47,685 bases of DNA from an uncultured Marmoricola sp. (GTDB taxonomy: Bacteria; Actinomycetota; Actinomycetes; Propionibacteriales; Nocardioidaceae). The notes below the pieces were generated by a model. That model made no database searches. It saw nothing but the letters and a program-made list of their open reading frames with translations, and had not been told where the DNA came from. Location: the NCBI GenBank assembly GCA_964613165.1, contig CAZTHV010000001.1, positions 1 through 47,685 of the forward strand. The letters are read 5' to 3'. Each line of letters begins with the position of its first letter. Positions within the stretch are counted from its first letter, which is position 1. The position numbers and the translations under genes are program-made. Below, piece by piece: positions 17,854-27,495 of this stretch.

Positions 17854-18002
17854 CTCGTGACCTCCGTGAGGGCCCAGATGGTGATGCCGACGGCCGCCAG
17901 GGGGCCGAGGAAGAGCCGGAAGTCCGGGTCGATCACGAACATGTAGACGACCACGAGGACCACGGCCAGCAGCCAGACGACGGCGAAGAGGCGGCGGATC
18001 AT
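17850..18002 (-). CDS. small two-TM membrane protein
   Basis: MIRRLFAVVWLLAVVLVVVYMF...LAAVGITIWAL. Confidence 0.5.
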   Translation of the reverse strand: MIRRLFAVVWLLAVVLVVVYMFVIDPDFRLFLGPLAAVGITIWALTEVTR

Positions 18003-18003
18003 G

Positions 18004-18288
18004 TCAAGCCCCCGCGAAGCGGCGCGCTTCGGGAAACTCGTCACCCGCCACACCGCCGTCGGGGTCGAAGGGCATGCCGTCCGCCTGGGCGTGGACCCCT
18101 TCGCGGACGAGCCGGTCGTAGAGATCGACCGCAGCCAGGTAGTCGCTGACGGACGAGACCTTCTCGTCGGCCATGGTGTCGATGAGGTTCTCGCGATACG
18201 AAGCGACCGGGTCGCTGAAGCCGTCGCCGTTGTCGAGCGCGGCCAGCGCGCTGGCCTTGGCGAAGTCGAGAAGTTCGGTGCGTTTCAT
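18004..18288 (-). CDS. hypothetical protein
   Basis: GGAG RBS downstream of promoter 18316-18344. Confidence 0.6.
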   Translation of the reverse strand: MKRTELLDFAKASALAALDNGDGFSDPVASYRENLIDTMADEKVSSVSDYLAAVDLYDRLVREGVHAQADGMPFDPDGGVAGDEFPEARRFAGA

Positions 18289-18315
18289 GTTGCGTTCTCC
18301 GGGTTGCTGATCTAG

Positions 18316-18344
18316 ATTCTACAGTAGCAGGAGCTACCGCGCAA
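18316..18344 (-). promoter_or_regulatory. sigma70 promoter TTGCGC-N17-TAGAAT whose spacer is the operator 18323-18338
   Basis: Read directly on the minus strand. Confidence 0.7.
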
Positions 18345-18567
18345 GACCATGACTTTTGTCACGGTAGGCATCAAACGCCACCAGGCGCAGCATCGCCGCC
18401 GCGGTGTCCTCGTCGTACCTGGCGGCCAGGGCCCGGAGGTGGTCGGCCCCGCGGCTCTCGATCGCGGCCTTCGCCGCGGCGGCGTCGGTGGCCCCCGCGA
18501 GCACGTCGGCAACAATGGCGCCGAAGTCGCGGAGGATCTCGAAGTCGGTGTAGCGGTCAAGCTTCAT
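18334..18567 (-). CDS. hypothetical protein
   Basis: GGAG RBS, MKLDRYTDFEILRDF. Confidence 0.55.
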   Translation of the reverse strand: MKLDRYTDFEILRDFGAIVADVLAGATDAAAAKAAIESRGADHLRALAARYDEDTAAAMLRLVAFDAYRDKSHGLAR

Positions 18568-19190
18568 GGTTGCTTCTCCAGGTTGCGCCAGGCACGGGTC
18601 GACATCCGGCCGTAGAAACCGCGCTCGTCGCGCCACTTCACCATTCCCTTGAAGACGTCCTCGCAGGCGATGACGCCGCGCTTGCTGACCCGCTTCTCGC
18701 CAGCGGCGATCGGCTCGGGACCGACAGGCTTGACGACCTCCTGGAGGGGCTTGCCGTGGTAGGCCTCGACGATGACCAGCAGACCGTCGGCGAACCGCTC
18801 GGCCTGGCGGGCAAGGCCCTCGGCGTTCCAGGCGGCGGACTCCAGGGCGTGCCGCTGCTGATAGGCGCTCGCGTCCGCCCAGGGGATCATCTCCTTGTCC
18901 CTGGTGACCGGATCCCACCAGCCGGTGGTGACCTTCTCCGGGTGCTTGGCGCCGGACCGGTAGTCGACCGCCCGCTGGCGCAGGGTCGCGGCCTCGTCGC
19001 GGCAGCTGTGGATGACGCTGTAGGCCGCCTCGCGGTCCTTCTCGATCGGGTGGTAGCGGCTACCACTGCAGACGCCGCGGAAGTATCCGTTCTTGACGTC
19101 GTAGCCGTGCTGGGCCATCCGGCCGTCGGTGAGGACGGCCTGGTCTCGGCCGCAGCACTGGCAGTGCCCGCGAAGTTGAACCTTGTCCAT
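18564..19190 (-). CDS. hypothetical early protein with N-terminal CxxC...H...C (possible Zn-binding)
   Basis: AGGAG RBS; GHCQCCG...QHGY...GVCSG. Confidence 0.65.
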   Translation of the reverse strand: MDKVQLRGHCQCCGRDQAVLTDGRMAQHGYDVKNGYFRGVCSGSRYHPIEKDREAAYSVIHSCRDEAATLRQRAVDYRSGAKHPEKVTTGWWDPVTRDKEMIPWADASAYQQRHALESAAWNAEGLARQAERFADGLLVIVEAYHGKPLQEVVKPVGPEPIAAGEKRVSKRGVIACEDVFKGMVKWRDERGFYGRMSTRAWRNLEKQP

Positions 19191-19217
19191 TCCTTTCTCC
19201 TGTTGATCCAGGACTCT

Positions 19218-19247
19218 AAGGTAGCAGGAGCTACCGCGCCATGTCAA
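19218..19247 (-). promoter_or_regulatory. leftward early promoter TTGACA-N18-TACCTT (extended -10) overlapped by operator 19220-19235
   Basis: Read directly on the minus strand. Confidence 0.7.
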
Positions 19248-19266
19248 GCACAATGTCACACTCCCC

Positions 19267-19293
19267 AAAAGAAAACGGGAGCCGAGGCTCCCG
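19267..19293 (-). terminator. Rho-independent terminator after the repressor gene
   Basis: CGGGAGC-CTCG-GCTCCCG followed by TTTTCTTTT. Confidence 0.8.
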
Positions 19294-19317
19294 CTGTTGG
19301 TTCGCCGGCCGGCGGGA

Positions 19318-19857
19318 TCAGGTCATCAGGGCCAGCATGTCGGCGACGTCGTCCACGTTCACGACCCCGGTGCGCAGCGCGCGTCGGACGACTGCTTCCG
19401 CGAGCTTCTCGTACTTGTCTTCCGGTACTTCGAGGCCGGCGTCCTCGGCCAGGCGCAGCAGCGCGGTCGTCGCGGCGGCCCAGGCCTCGGCCTTTGTCTT
19501 GACCACGACCGAGTCGGCCGGCTCGGCCTTCAGTGGCCCCGCCGACAGCACGCGCTCGGGCGGCGTCGCGCCGAACGGTCCACCAGGCGGCTGACTGAGC
19601 CAGCCCTTGGGCCTGCCAGGCTTGTAGCCGATCGCCTGCTCGATCAGGTACGCGTTGTCCTCGCTGATCAGCTTCTCCCCGCGGCGCATCTGTCCCAGGA
19701 AGGAACCGTCGCTGTCCTGGCCCCACATCCGCCTCGCGAGATCGATCCTGCGCATCTCACCGGATACGAGGAAGAGGTCCAGGTTGCGCTTGCGATACTC
19801 GTGGACAGGATTGGGTTGGACGGCCTTCCGCGGCTTGCCTCCTGTGAACTTCGCCAT
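19318..19857 (-). CDS. CI-like HTH repressor (no S24 autoprotease domain evident)
   Basis: RKRNL...LARRM...FLGQMRRGEKLISEDNAYLIEQAIG...KGWLSQP is an XRE/CI-type N-terminus; divergent from primase; has its own terminator. Confidence 0.65.
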   Translation of the reverse strand: MAKFTGGKPRKAVQPNPVHEYRKRNLDLFLVSGEMRRIDLARRMWGQDSDGSFLGQMRRGEKLISEDNAYLIEQAIGYKPGRPKGWLSQPPGGPFGATPPERVLSAGPLKAEPADSVVVKTKAEAWAAATTALLRLAEDAGLEVPEDKYEKLAEAVVRRALRTGVVNVDDVADMLALMT

Positions 19858-20048
19858 GCCTAACTCTCCATTTGACAGTGATTCGCGGCAAGCGCCCGCT
19901 TGCCGTTCAGGCCGACAATTATGCCGTTCGTCGGTAGCTCAAGCGCTTGCGTTAATTCACAGAATGTAGCTTTCGGGAGCGGAATATGCAACATAGCCGG
20001 TTGCAATTGCTACAGTGGGGGTAGCGTATACCTTCACGAAGGGCATCA

Positions 20049-22280
20049 ATGACCCCACTGCAGATGATCGATTCGATCAGGCCGGTCCTCGACCGTGTTT
20101 TCACCGGCCACACGGCCATCAGCAAGCCGGGGTCACCAGCAGCCTGGACCACCCGGCCCCTCACCGAAGCGAAGATCGAGCAGCATGTCAGCGACAGCGG
20201 GGTGCGGTACGGCTGCTGCCCGATCGCGCCAGGCACGAGCACTACGCGGCTCGCGCTCCTCGACCTCGACAGCCACAAGGGCGAGACCTCCTGGGCCAAG
20301 ATGGTCGAGGCGGCCAAGCTGATCGACGGCGAGGCCGCGCTCGACGGGATCGTCTTCCACGCCTACCGGTCGAGCGGGGGCCGAGGCCTGCACCTGATCG
20401 CGATATGGGACGAGCCGCAGGACGCGCACTCGGTGCGCCAGGCGCTCTTCCACGTCCTCGGCCGGGCCGGCTTCTCGAACGGCACGCGCGGCGTCGCCGC
20501 CGGACAGGTCGAGGTCTTCCCGAAGCAGGCATCCGTTCCGGCGGACGGTTTCGGGAACATGTTCGTCCTGCCGCTGGCCGGCAAGTCGGTCTTCATCGAC
20601 CCCGTGACCTGGGAGCCGCTCTCGCGCTACGGATGCGTCAACGTCGTGTGGAAAGCCTCGGACCCGGTCGAGGTTGTCGAGCGGCCGACGCTGCCGGCGG
20701 TCGCGAGCACCAGCTATGACGGGAGCACGCTCGCCGCGATGCTGGAGTCGATCCCGAACGACGGGCCGGACTATGACAAGTACCTGCAGATCCTGTTCGG
20801 TGTCCACCACGCGACCGGTGGCAGCGACGAGGGGCTGCAGCTCTTCCAGGCCGCGTACAGCAGCCGGTGCCCGGACTGGTCGGACGCCGAGGACCGCAAG
20901 CAGTGGGCCGCTGCCGGCAAGCCGCGGGACGGGGCCGTGATCACCGCGGCCTCGATCGCGATGTACGCGCGCGAGGCCGGCTGGCAGGAGGACATCAGCG
21001 ACCGGTTCGAGATTCTGCCGGACGAACCAGTAGCTCCTGCGACCGTCCTCGTCGACGAGAACGGCAACGAGGTGGTCCTGCCAGCAAACACGTTCACGCT
21101 ACCGCGTGTGCGACGGGACAAGACCGGCCGGATCGAGCCGGACGTCGAGGCGCTCACCGGGTTCGTGCGGCACGGCGAGGCCACGCGGATGGCGCTGAGG
21201 CACGACATCTTCACGGACCAGGTCCAGGTCAACAACGAGGGCCACGGCTGGGAGCCGTTCACCGACGAGCTGTATACCCTGATGCGGATCCGGCTCGAAC
21301 GGGACGCGCGGTTCAAGCGGATCTCGACCGCGGACCTGAAGGAAGCTGTCCACCTCATCGCCCGGTTCCACCGGCACGACAGCGCGCAGGAGTGGCTCCA
21401 GGGACTGCCGGCCTGGGACGGGGTCGAGAGGGCAGGGCGGTTCTTCCCGGGCTACCTGCAGACCGAGGACAACGACTACACCCGCCAGCTCGGACTCTAC
21501 CTGTGGACAGCGCTGGCCGGCAGGATCATGGATCCCGGGTGCAAGGTCGACATCATGCCGGTCCTGGTCGGCCGGCAGGGTTGCCGCAAGACGTCGAGCG
21601 TGAAAGCGATCTCGCCCTCGATCAGTCACTTCCGCGAAATATCGCTCGCCACGGGCGACGCGGACTTCGCGCGCCAGATCCGGGGCGCCCTGGTCGGCGA
21701 GGTCGCCGAGCTGCGCGGCCTCGGCTCCAGGGACCGGGAGAGTGTCAAGGCCCTGATCACCCGGACCCACGAGTTCTGGACCCCGAAGTACAAGGAGTTC
21801 GGCGTGGAGTACGGGCGGCGGATCGTGCTCATCGCCACCACGAACGACGAGGACTTCCTGGACGACCCCACCGGCAACCGGCGGTACGCGCCGGTCAAGG
21901 TCGGGATGTGCGACACGGACGCGATCGAGGCTGACAGGGACCAACTGTGGGCCGAGGGGCTGCACCGCTGGCTCGCCGATGGGATCGCCTGGGAGGGGCT
22001 CGAAGAGCGCGCAGCGGACCGGCAGGAGGCCTTCATTCGGGTCGATGCGTGGGACGAGCCGATCGGCCGCTGGCTCGGTCGCAATGGGGCCCACCTGGCC
22101 CGGGTGACTACGTCGGAGGTGATGTCGGCGGCCCTCCAGGTACCGGCAGGCCAGCAGAATCGGGCCGGTGAAATAAGGGCAGGCGCTGCCCTGAGGCGGC
22201 ACGGATGGATGAGGCAGCGGGTCATGGAAGATGGGGTACGGCGCTGGTATTTTGTGAACCCGGCCGGCGAGCTGCTGTGA
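20049..22280 (+). CDS. primase-helicase (AEP-like primase, PriCT-2, VapE/VirE P-loop)
   Basis: DLDSH, SSGGRGLH, GRQGCRKTS Walker A, EVAEL, ATTNDEDFLDDPTGNRRY. Confidence 0.88.
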   Translation: MTPLQMIDSIRPVLDRVFTGHTAISKPGSPAAWTTRPLTEAKIEQHVSDSGVRYGCCPIAPGTSTTRLALLDLDSHKGETSWAKMVEAAKLIDGEAALDGIVFHAYRSSGGRGLHLIAIWDEPQDAHSVRQALFHVLGRAGFSNGTRGVAAGQVEVFPKQASVPADGFGNMFVLPLAGKSVFIDPVTWEPLSRYGCVNVVWKASDPVEVVERPTLPAVASTSYDGSTLAAMLESIPNDGPDYDKYLQILFGVHHATGGSDEGLQLFQAAYSSRCPDWSDAEDRKQWAAAGKPRDGAVITAASIAMYAREAGWQEDISDRFEILPDEPVAPATVLVDENGNEVVLPANTFTLPRVRRDKTGRIEPDVEALTGFVRHGEATRMALRHDIFTDQVQVNNEGHGWEPFTDELYTLMRIRLERDARFKRISTADLKEAVHLIARFHRHDSAQEWLQGLPAWDGVERAGRFFPGYLQTEDNDYTRQLGLYLWTALAGRIMDPGCKVDIMPVLVGRQGCRKTSSVKAISPSISHFREISLATGDADFARQIRGALVGEVAELRGLGSRDRESVKALITRTHEFWTPKYKEFGVEYGRRIVLIATTNDEDFLDDPTGNRRYAPVKVGMCDTDAIEADRDQLWAEGLHRWLADGIAWEGLEERAADRQEAFIRVDAWDEPIGRWLGRNGAHLARVTTSEVMSAALQVPAGQQNRAGEIRAGAALRRHGWMRQRVMEDGVRRWYFVNPAGELL

Positions 22281-22375
22281 AGAGTGAATTGCCCTTTGTC
22301 GGGGATAGGGCTGGCCTACCTTCGCGGAGCTGTGGTAGGCCAGCCTGCTTCCCAGCGTTTATGCGGGTTTCCAGC

Positions 22376-22476
22376 CCTTTGTCTTATCTACCTTATCTCT
22401 TTAAAGGTTAGAATTAATAGATATAATATGCATTATAATACATGAAATATAATGCATATATAACGTATATAAAAGG
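22376..22476. other. AT-rich tract, putative replication origin
   Basis: About 100 bp of mostly A/T in a very GC-rich genome, right after primase; preceded by inverted repeat GGCTGGCCTACC...GGTAGGCCAGCC. Confidence 0.55.
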
Positions 22477-22658
22477 TAGGCCCTATTCGGGTAGGGCAAG
22501 TTAGGACAAGGGGCAATCGCCCGGGCGCCGCCCCCGACCCCCGTCGATCATCTGTCGCCCGCTCGCCGCTTCGGCGACACGTCCGAGTCTCCTGTCGCTG
22601 CCGGCGACACGTCCGGTGCACTGGCTCGATCGCCGGTAGCTCCTGCTACTCTGGGGGA

Positions 22659-23114
22659 ATGGGCACACCTATCCTCCCCCTCGAATGGGATCTCTTCCTC
22701 CGGCGACTCGGCCAGGTGCCGAACGTCGCCGCTGCCTGCCGCGATGCCGGCATCAAGCCGTCGACCGCGTACGCCAGGCGCGAGGCCGACCCGGACTTCC
22801 GCCGCGAGTGGGACGAGGCGATCGATCACTCGATCGGCCTGCTTGAGGCCGAGGCCCACCAGCGGGCCGGGCCGGGGTACCTGAAGGCCGTCTACCACCA
22901 GGGCGCGGTCGTGGGCCACGAGCGCGTCGTGTCCGACGGCCTGATGCAGTTCCTGCTCAAGGCCCACCGGCCCGAGCGGTACCGCGAGCGGTCGAGCGTC
23001 GACCTCAACGCGTCGGTGGTCACCGAGCGGATGACCCGGGCCGAGAAGGACGAGGCGATCCGGCAGATCGTGCTCAAGGCGCAGGCGCGCAAGGACGAGC
23101 ATGACCTCGGCTGA
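22659..23114 (+). CDS. terS: terminase small subunit
   Basis: HTH NVAAACRDAGIKPSTAY..R..DPDF...WDEA, LEAEA..RA, SD.L..FLLKAHRPERYRE; directly upstream of terL. Confidence 0.82.
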   Translation: MGTPILPLEWDLFLRRLGQVPNVAAACRDAGIKPSTAYARREADPDFRREWDEAIDHSIGLLEAEAHQRAGPGYLKAVYHQGAVVGHERVVSDGLMQFLLKAHRPERYRERSSVDLNASVVTERMTRAEKDEAIRQIVLKAQARKDEHDLG

Positions 23115-24735
23115 TCTGCTGCCGTTCATGACCGAGGACGAGCGCAACACGATCCTCACGATCGAGCAGGCGCCCGAGCCGCTCTGGTCCCCGGACCCGG
23201 CGAACGGTCCGCAGCAGATGGCGTTCGCCAGCACGGCCGACGTGATCGGCTACGGCGGCGCGGCCGGCGGCGGCAAGACCGAGACCGCGATCGGCCTGGC
23301 GCTCATGAAGCACAAGCGCACGCTGTTCCTGCGCCGGTCGTACAAGGAGCTGCTGGCGATCAACGATCGGCTCGGCACGATCCTCGGCTCTCGTGACGGC
23401 CACAGCGGAATCGACAAGGTCTGGCGCCCACCGTCGGTGCCCGGAGTGTCGATCGAGTACGGCTCGATCGAGCATGCCGGCAACCCCGAGGCCGGGCCTT
23501 CCGACGAGCAGGGATACCAGGGCCGTCCGCACGACCTGCTCGTGTTCGACGAGGCCGCGCAGTTCTCCGAGTTCACGGTCCGGTTCCTGGCATCGTGGAT
23601 CCGGTCCGAGGATTCGCTGCAGCATTGCCAGCTCTTCCTGCCGATGAACCCGCCGATGGATCCCGCGGGCGAGTGGGTGTTCGAGTTCTTCGGCCCCTGG
23701 CTCGACGACAAGCACCCGAACCCCGCGGTGTCCGGCGAGCTTCGCTGGTTCGTGCGCAGCCCGGTCACGGACGAGGAGCTGGAGGTGTCCGGCCCCGAGC
23801 CGGTGAGCTTCCCGGACGCCGCGGATTTGAAGGACCGCATCGCGTACCCGAAGTCGCGGACGTTCATCTTCTCCCGGGTCGAGGACAACAGCTACTACGC
23901 GAACAGCGGGTACAAGGCGCAGCTCCAGTCGATGCCGGAACCGTTCCGCTCGCGCCTGCTCAAGGGCCTGTTCAAGCGCAACCTGACGGACGATCCGTTC
24001 CAGGTGATCCCGGCCGAGTGGCTCGATGCCGCGATGGCCCGCTGGACCAAGCCGGCCCGGCTCGGTGCGATCGAGTCGGTCGGCGTCGACGTCGCTCGCG
24101 GGGGCAAGGACAACACGGTCATCGCCGACCGGCACGAGGGCAACTGGTACGGCGAGCTGGAGAGCCACCCGGGCAAGACGACGCCGAACGGCCCGGCCGC
24201 TGCCGGCCTGGTCGCGATCAACGTCGGCCGGCACCGGCCCCCGATCCATGTCGACGTGATCGGCGTCGGCGCCTCGTGCTACGACTCGCTCGTCGCTGGC
24301 GGCGTCCACCAGGTGCTCGCCGTCAACGTCGCGGAGAAGGCCACCGGCCCGGACCGCACCGGCACCCTGCAGTTCGGCAATCAGCGGGCGCAGATGGTGT
24401 GGCGCCTTCGGGACCAGCTCGACCCGGCGGCGAACACCGGCATCGCGCTGCCGCCTGATCCGCTGCTGCGCCAGGAGCTGCTCGCGTACCGCTGGTTCCA
24501 GAAGGGAACCGCGATCTGGCTCGAAGACACCGACGACATCAAGGAGCGGATCGGCCGATCGCCGGACCGCGCGACCGCGGTCTGCCTGGCCGCGATTCCC
24601 ACTCCGCGGCTCGCTGACTTCCAATCGTCACCCGCGCAGATCCGCCGCGACTACGACCCGATCGAGGCGTCGATGCGCGCGCAGCAGTCGATGAACGCAC
24701 GCCGGCAGTACGACCCACGGGACAGGAGAGACTGA
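23101..24735 (+). CDS. terL: terminase large subunit
   Basis: YGGAAGGGKT Walker A, LLVFDEA Walker B, MNPP, GVDVARGGKD, RSPDRA nuclease motifs. Confidence 0.93.
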   Translation: MTSADLLPFMTEDERNTILTIEQAPEPLWSPDPANGPQQMAFASTADVIGYGGAAGGGKTETAIGLALMKHKRTLFLRRSYKELLAINDRLGTILGSRDGHSGIDKVWRPPSVPGVSIEYGSIEHAGNPEAGPSDEQGYQGRPHDLLVFDEAAQFSEFTVRFLASWIRSEDSLQHCQLFLPMNPPMDPAGEWVFEFFGPWLDDKHPNPAVSGELRWFVRSPVTDEELEVSGPEPVSFPDAADLKDRIAYPKSRTFIFSRVEDNSYYANSGYKAQLQSMPEPFRSRLLKGLFKRNLTDDPFQVIPAEWLDAAMARWTKPARLGAIESVGVDVARGGKDNTVIADRHEGNWYGELESHPGKTTPNGPAAAGLVAINVGRHRPPIHVDVIGVGASCYDSLVAGGVHQVLAVNVAEKATGPDRTGTLQFGNQRAQMVWRLRDQLDPAANTGIALPPDPLLRQELLAYRWFQKGTAIWLEDTDDIKERIGRSPDRATAVCLAAIPTPRLADFQSSPAQIRRDYDPIEASMRAQQSMNARRQYDPRDRRD

Positions 24736-24737
24736 GC

Positions 24738-25685
24738 ATGGCATTCAACGACTTCCTCGGCGGGCAGGGATGGAGCGGGCACAAGGCGCCGGACGGCACG
24801 CAGTCCAACCCGAACAACGATCCCGAGATCGCCGCCTCGCAGGAGCGCCTGCGCCAGTTCGCCTCGCTCACGGCGGGCCAGCTCACGAACCCGCGGTTGA
24901 CCGGCCAGTCGAACGCCGGCACCGGGGACATGCCGCAGATCGTGCAGACGATCACCTACGACAGTCCGTACGGCCCGGTGACCGCCACCCGCTCGTTGGA
25001 GCCAGGCGTCGAGGGCTCGGCAGCGGCGATGCTGCCCCCCTCGCCGACGCCGGACATGGCGTTCAGGTCGGGCGAGAAGTTCTGGTGGCAACCGGGTCTC
25101 GCCGAGTCTGTCGAGTTCAACTTCGGCCCCGACGGCGCGGTCTCCAACGCGAAGCCGCGAGACACGCGGTACTCGTTCGGCGAACAGCTTGGGGACTTCG
25201 CGGGCAACATCGTGACGATGGGCGCCGTGGCGCTTGCTGCTTACGGGGCGGCGGCCGGGCTCGGCAGTGCCGCTGGCGGCGAAGCGGCGGCCGGGACTGT
25301 CGGCGCCGAGGCAACGACCGGGACCGTCGTTACCCCGGTCGCGGCGCCTGGCGCGATCACGGCGACCCCGCTCGCGGGCGCCGCGCCGATCGCGGCAACG
25401 AGTACCGGCGTCCTCGGCACCGGCCTGACGGCGAGCGAGATGCTTGCGATCGGCAGCACCGTCTACGGCGCGACCCAGTCCGGCGGGAGCCAGGTGTCGT
25501 CGACGCCGGCCGAGGCCCCGGTCCTGGAGCAGCCGACCGCGCCGCCAACCGCGCCGACTCCTGTTCTGTCCGGTGAGTTCTATCGGCAGAACATGATCGA
25601 GAACCGGAACCAGACGCTGCTGACCGACCCAGCGAAACGAATCAACCACCTGATCGCATCGGGGAACACCCTCCTAGGGGCATGA
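24738..25685 (+). CDS. hypothetical, possibly virion-associated protein
   Basis: Between terL and portal; Gly/Ala/Thr-rich; ends TLLG like pre-portal proteins of this phage group. Confidence 0.6.
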   Translation: MAFNDFLGGQGWSGHKAPDGTQSNPNNDPEIAASQERLRQFASLTAGQLTNPRLTGQSNAGTGDMPQIVQTITYDSPYGPVTATRSLEPGVEGSAAAMLPPSPTPDMAFRSGEKFWWQPGLAESVEFNFGPDGAVSNAKPRDTRYSFGEQLGDFAGNIVTMGAVALAAYGAAAGLGSAAGGEAAAGTVGAEATTGTVVTPVAAPGAITATPLAGAAPIAATSTGVLGTGLTASEMLAIGSTVYGATQSGGSQVSSTPAEAPVLEQPTAPPTAPTPVLSGEFYRQNMIENRNQTLLTDPAKRINHLIASGNTLLGA

Positions 25686-25686
25686 C

Positions 25687-27447
25687 ATGTACGAAGACAA
25701 CAAGCCGCCGAAGGGTAAGACCGATCTCGCGAAGCTGCGTCTGCGGCTCGTGAAGCTTCGCGACGATCGCAGCTCCTGGCTCGCGAGCTATCGCGACCTC
25801 GGCTCGGTCATGCTCCCGCGCAACGGGCACTACCTGCTGTCAGGCCGCGATGTCTCGCGCGGCCGGCGCCGGGACAACCGGATCCTGAACAACACCGGGG
25901 TTCTCGCGGCCGGCACGCTCGCGGCCGGCTTCCACTCGGGGATGACGAACCCGGCGAAGCAGTGGTCGAAGTACGCGCTGCCAGGCCCGGACGGCAAGAT
26001 CGACTCGGTCCGCCGGTACCTGGACAACGTCAACGAGGTCACCCGCTCGCTGTACGCGGCCGGCAACCTGTACCTCACGCTGCCCCAGTTGTACGAGGAG
26101 ACCGGCGTGTTCGGCACCGGGGCGGCGATCGTCGACACGAACCTGCGCGATGAGCAGGGCCGGTTCTCGACCGCGCTTCGGCATGTCCTGCACACGACCT
26201 TCCTGACGGTCGGCACGTACTGCATCGCGGTGAACGAGCGCGGCGAGGTCGACACGATCTACTGGGAGACCGACGAGACCGTCAGCCAGATGATCCGCAA
26301 CTACGGCCAGGACAACGTCAGCGACACCGTGAAGCGGCTGATCGAGCACGGCAAGCTCGACGAGGTCGTCCGCGTGGTCCACGTCATCGAGCCGCGTTCG
26401 GCGCGCGACATCGACAGCCCGCTCGCGGCCGACATGGCGTTCCGCTCGTCCGCGTTCGAGGAAGGCTGCAGGGACGACCAGCTTCTGAAGGACAGCGGCT
26501 TCAATCAGTTCCCGGCCCTGGTCAACCGTTGGGTCGTGCGGGGCCAGGACGTCTACGGGTCGAGCCCGGGCATGAGCGTCCTCGGTGACGTCAACTCGCT
26601 GCAGGCCACCGAGCTTGCCAAGGCGAAGGTCATCGACCACCAGTCGAATCCGCCGATCGTGGCCCCGACGTCGATGAAGACGAACGGCGCGGACTTCCTG
26701 CCCGGCGGGGTGAGCTACCTCGACGCGACCGGTCCGAACCAGGGCGTGCGCGCGGCGTTCGAGGTGCAGCTCAAGCTCGCGGATCTCGACGCCGAGATCG
26801 CCCGGGTCGAGGGCCGGATCAACAGCGGCATGTATGTCGACCTCTTCAAGATGCTGGCGAACGACACCCGCTCGAACATCACCGCTCGGGAGATCGCGGA
26901 GCGGCACGAGGAGAAGCTGCTCGCGCTCGGGCCAGTGATCGAGCGGACGGTGACCATGCTCAAGCGGCTTGGCGACATTTCGTACGACGCGCTCGTGCGC
27001 CACGACGAGGAGCGGATCGCGGCCGGCCTGGAGCCGCTGCTCGACGAGCCGCCCGAGGAGCTGCAGGACAAGGACATCACGCTCGAAGTCGAGGGCATGC
27101 TGGTCCAGGCGATGAAAGCCGCGAGCGCTTCGGCGGTCGACCGGTTCATCGGCACCGTGACCGCGGTGGCCCAGGTCAAGCCTCGGGTGCTGGACAAGCT
27201 CGATGAGGACGCGCTCGTCGACGAGTACGCCGAGATGCTCGGGGTGCCGCCGTCGATCGTGGTCGATGACGAGGTGCTCGTCTCGATCCGCGAGGCTCGG
27301 GCCCAGGCCGAGAAGGCGCAGGCCCAGGCCGCGGTCGCGGAGCAGGCGAGCAAGGCGGACCTCAACAGCGCCCAGGCGTCGGCGGCCGGCGCCGGCTCGC
27401 CGACCGACGTGGCCCCGGCTGTAGCTACCGCGGCGGGGATGGTCTGA
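25687..27447 (+). CDS. portal (head-tail connector) protein
   Basis: LAAGFHSGMTNPA, FGTG, YGSSPG, ITAREIAERHEEKL..LGPV.ER. Confidence 0.92.
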   Translation: MYEDNKPPKGKTDLAKLRLRLVKLRDDRSSWLASYRDLGSVMLPRNGHYLLSGRDVSRGRRRDNRILNNTGVLAAGTLAAGFHSGMTNPAKQWSKYALPGPDGKIDSVRRYLDNVNEVTRSLYAAGNLYLTLPQLYEETGVFGTGAAIVDTNLRDEQGRFSTALRHVLHTTFLTVGTYCIAVNERGEVDTIYWETDETVSQMIRNYGQDNVSDTVKRLIEHGKLDEVVRVVHVIEPRSARDIDSPLAADMAFRSSAFEEGCRDDQLLKDSGFNQFPALVNRWVVRGQDVYGSSPGMSVLGDVNSLQATELAKAKVIDHQSNPPIVAPTSMKTNGADFLPGGVSYLDATGPNQGVRAAFEVQLKLADLDAEIARVEGRINSGMYVDLFKMLANDTRSNITAREIAERHEEKLLALGPVIERTVTMLKRLGDISYDALVRHDEERIAAGLEPLLDEPPEELQDKDITLEVEGMLVQAMKAASASAVDRFIGTVTAVAQVKPRVLDKLDEDALVDEYAEMLGVPPSIVVDDEVLVSIREARAQAEKAQAQAAVAEQASKADLNSAQASAAGAGSPTDVAPAVATAAGMV

Positions 27448-27495
27448 CCCTCGCCGGTAGCTCCTGCTACTATGGGGGTATGAGCAGTGAATCCA

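Noticed and set aside
19051..19065. Operator-like palindromes with the wrong spacing (TGGTAGC-G-GCTACCA here; GTAGC-CAG-GCTAC at 42541)
   Set aside because: The spacer is not 4 nt, so they were not counted as operators.
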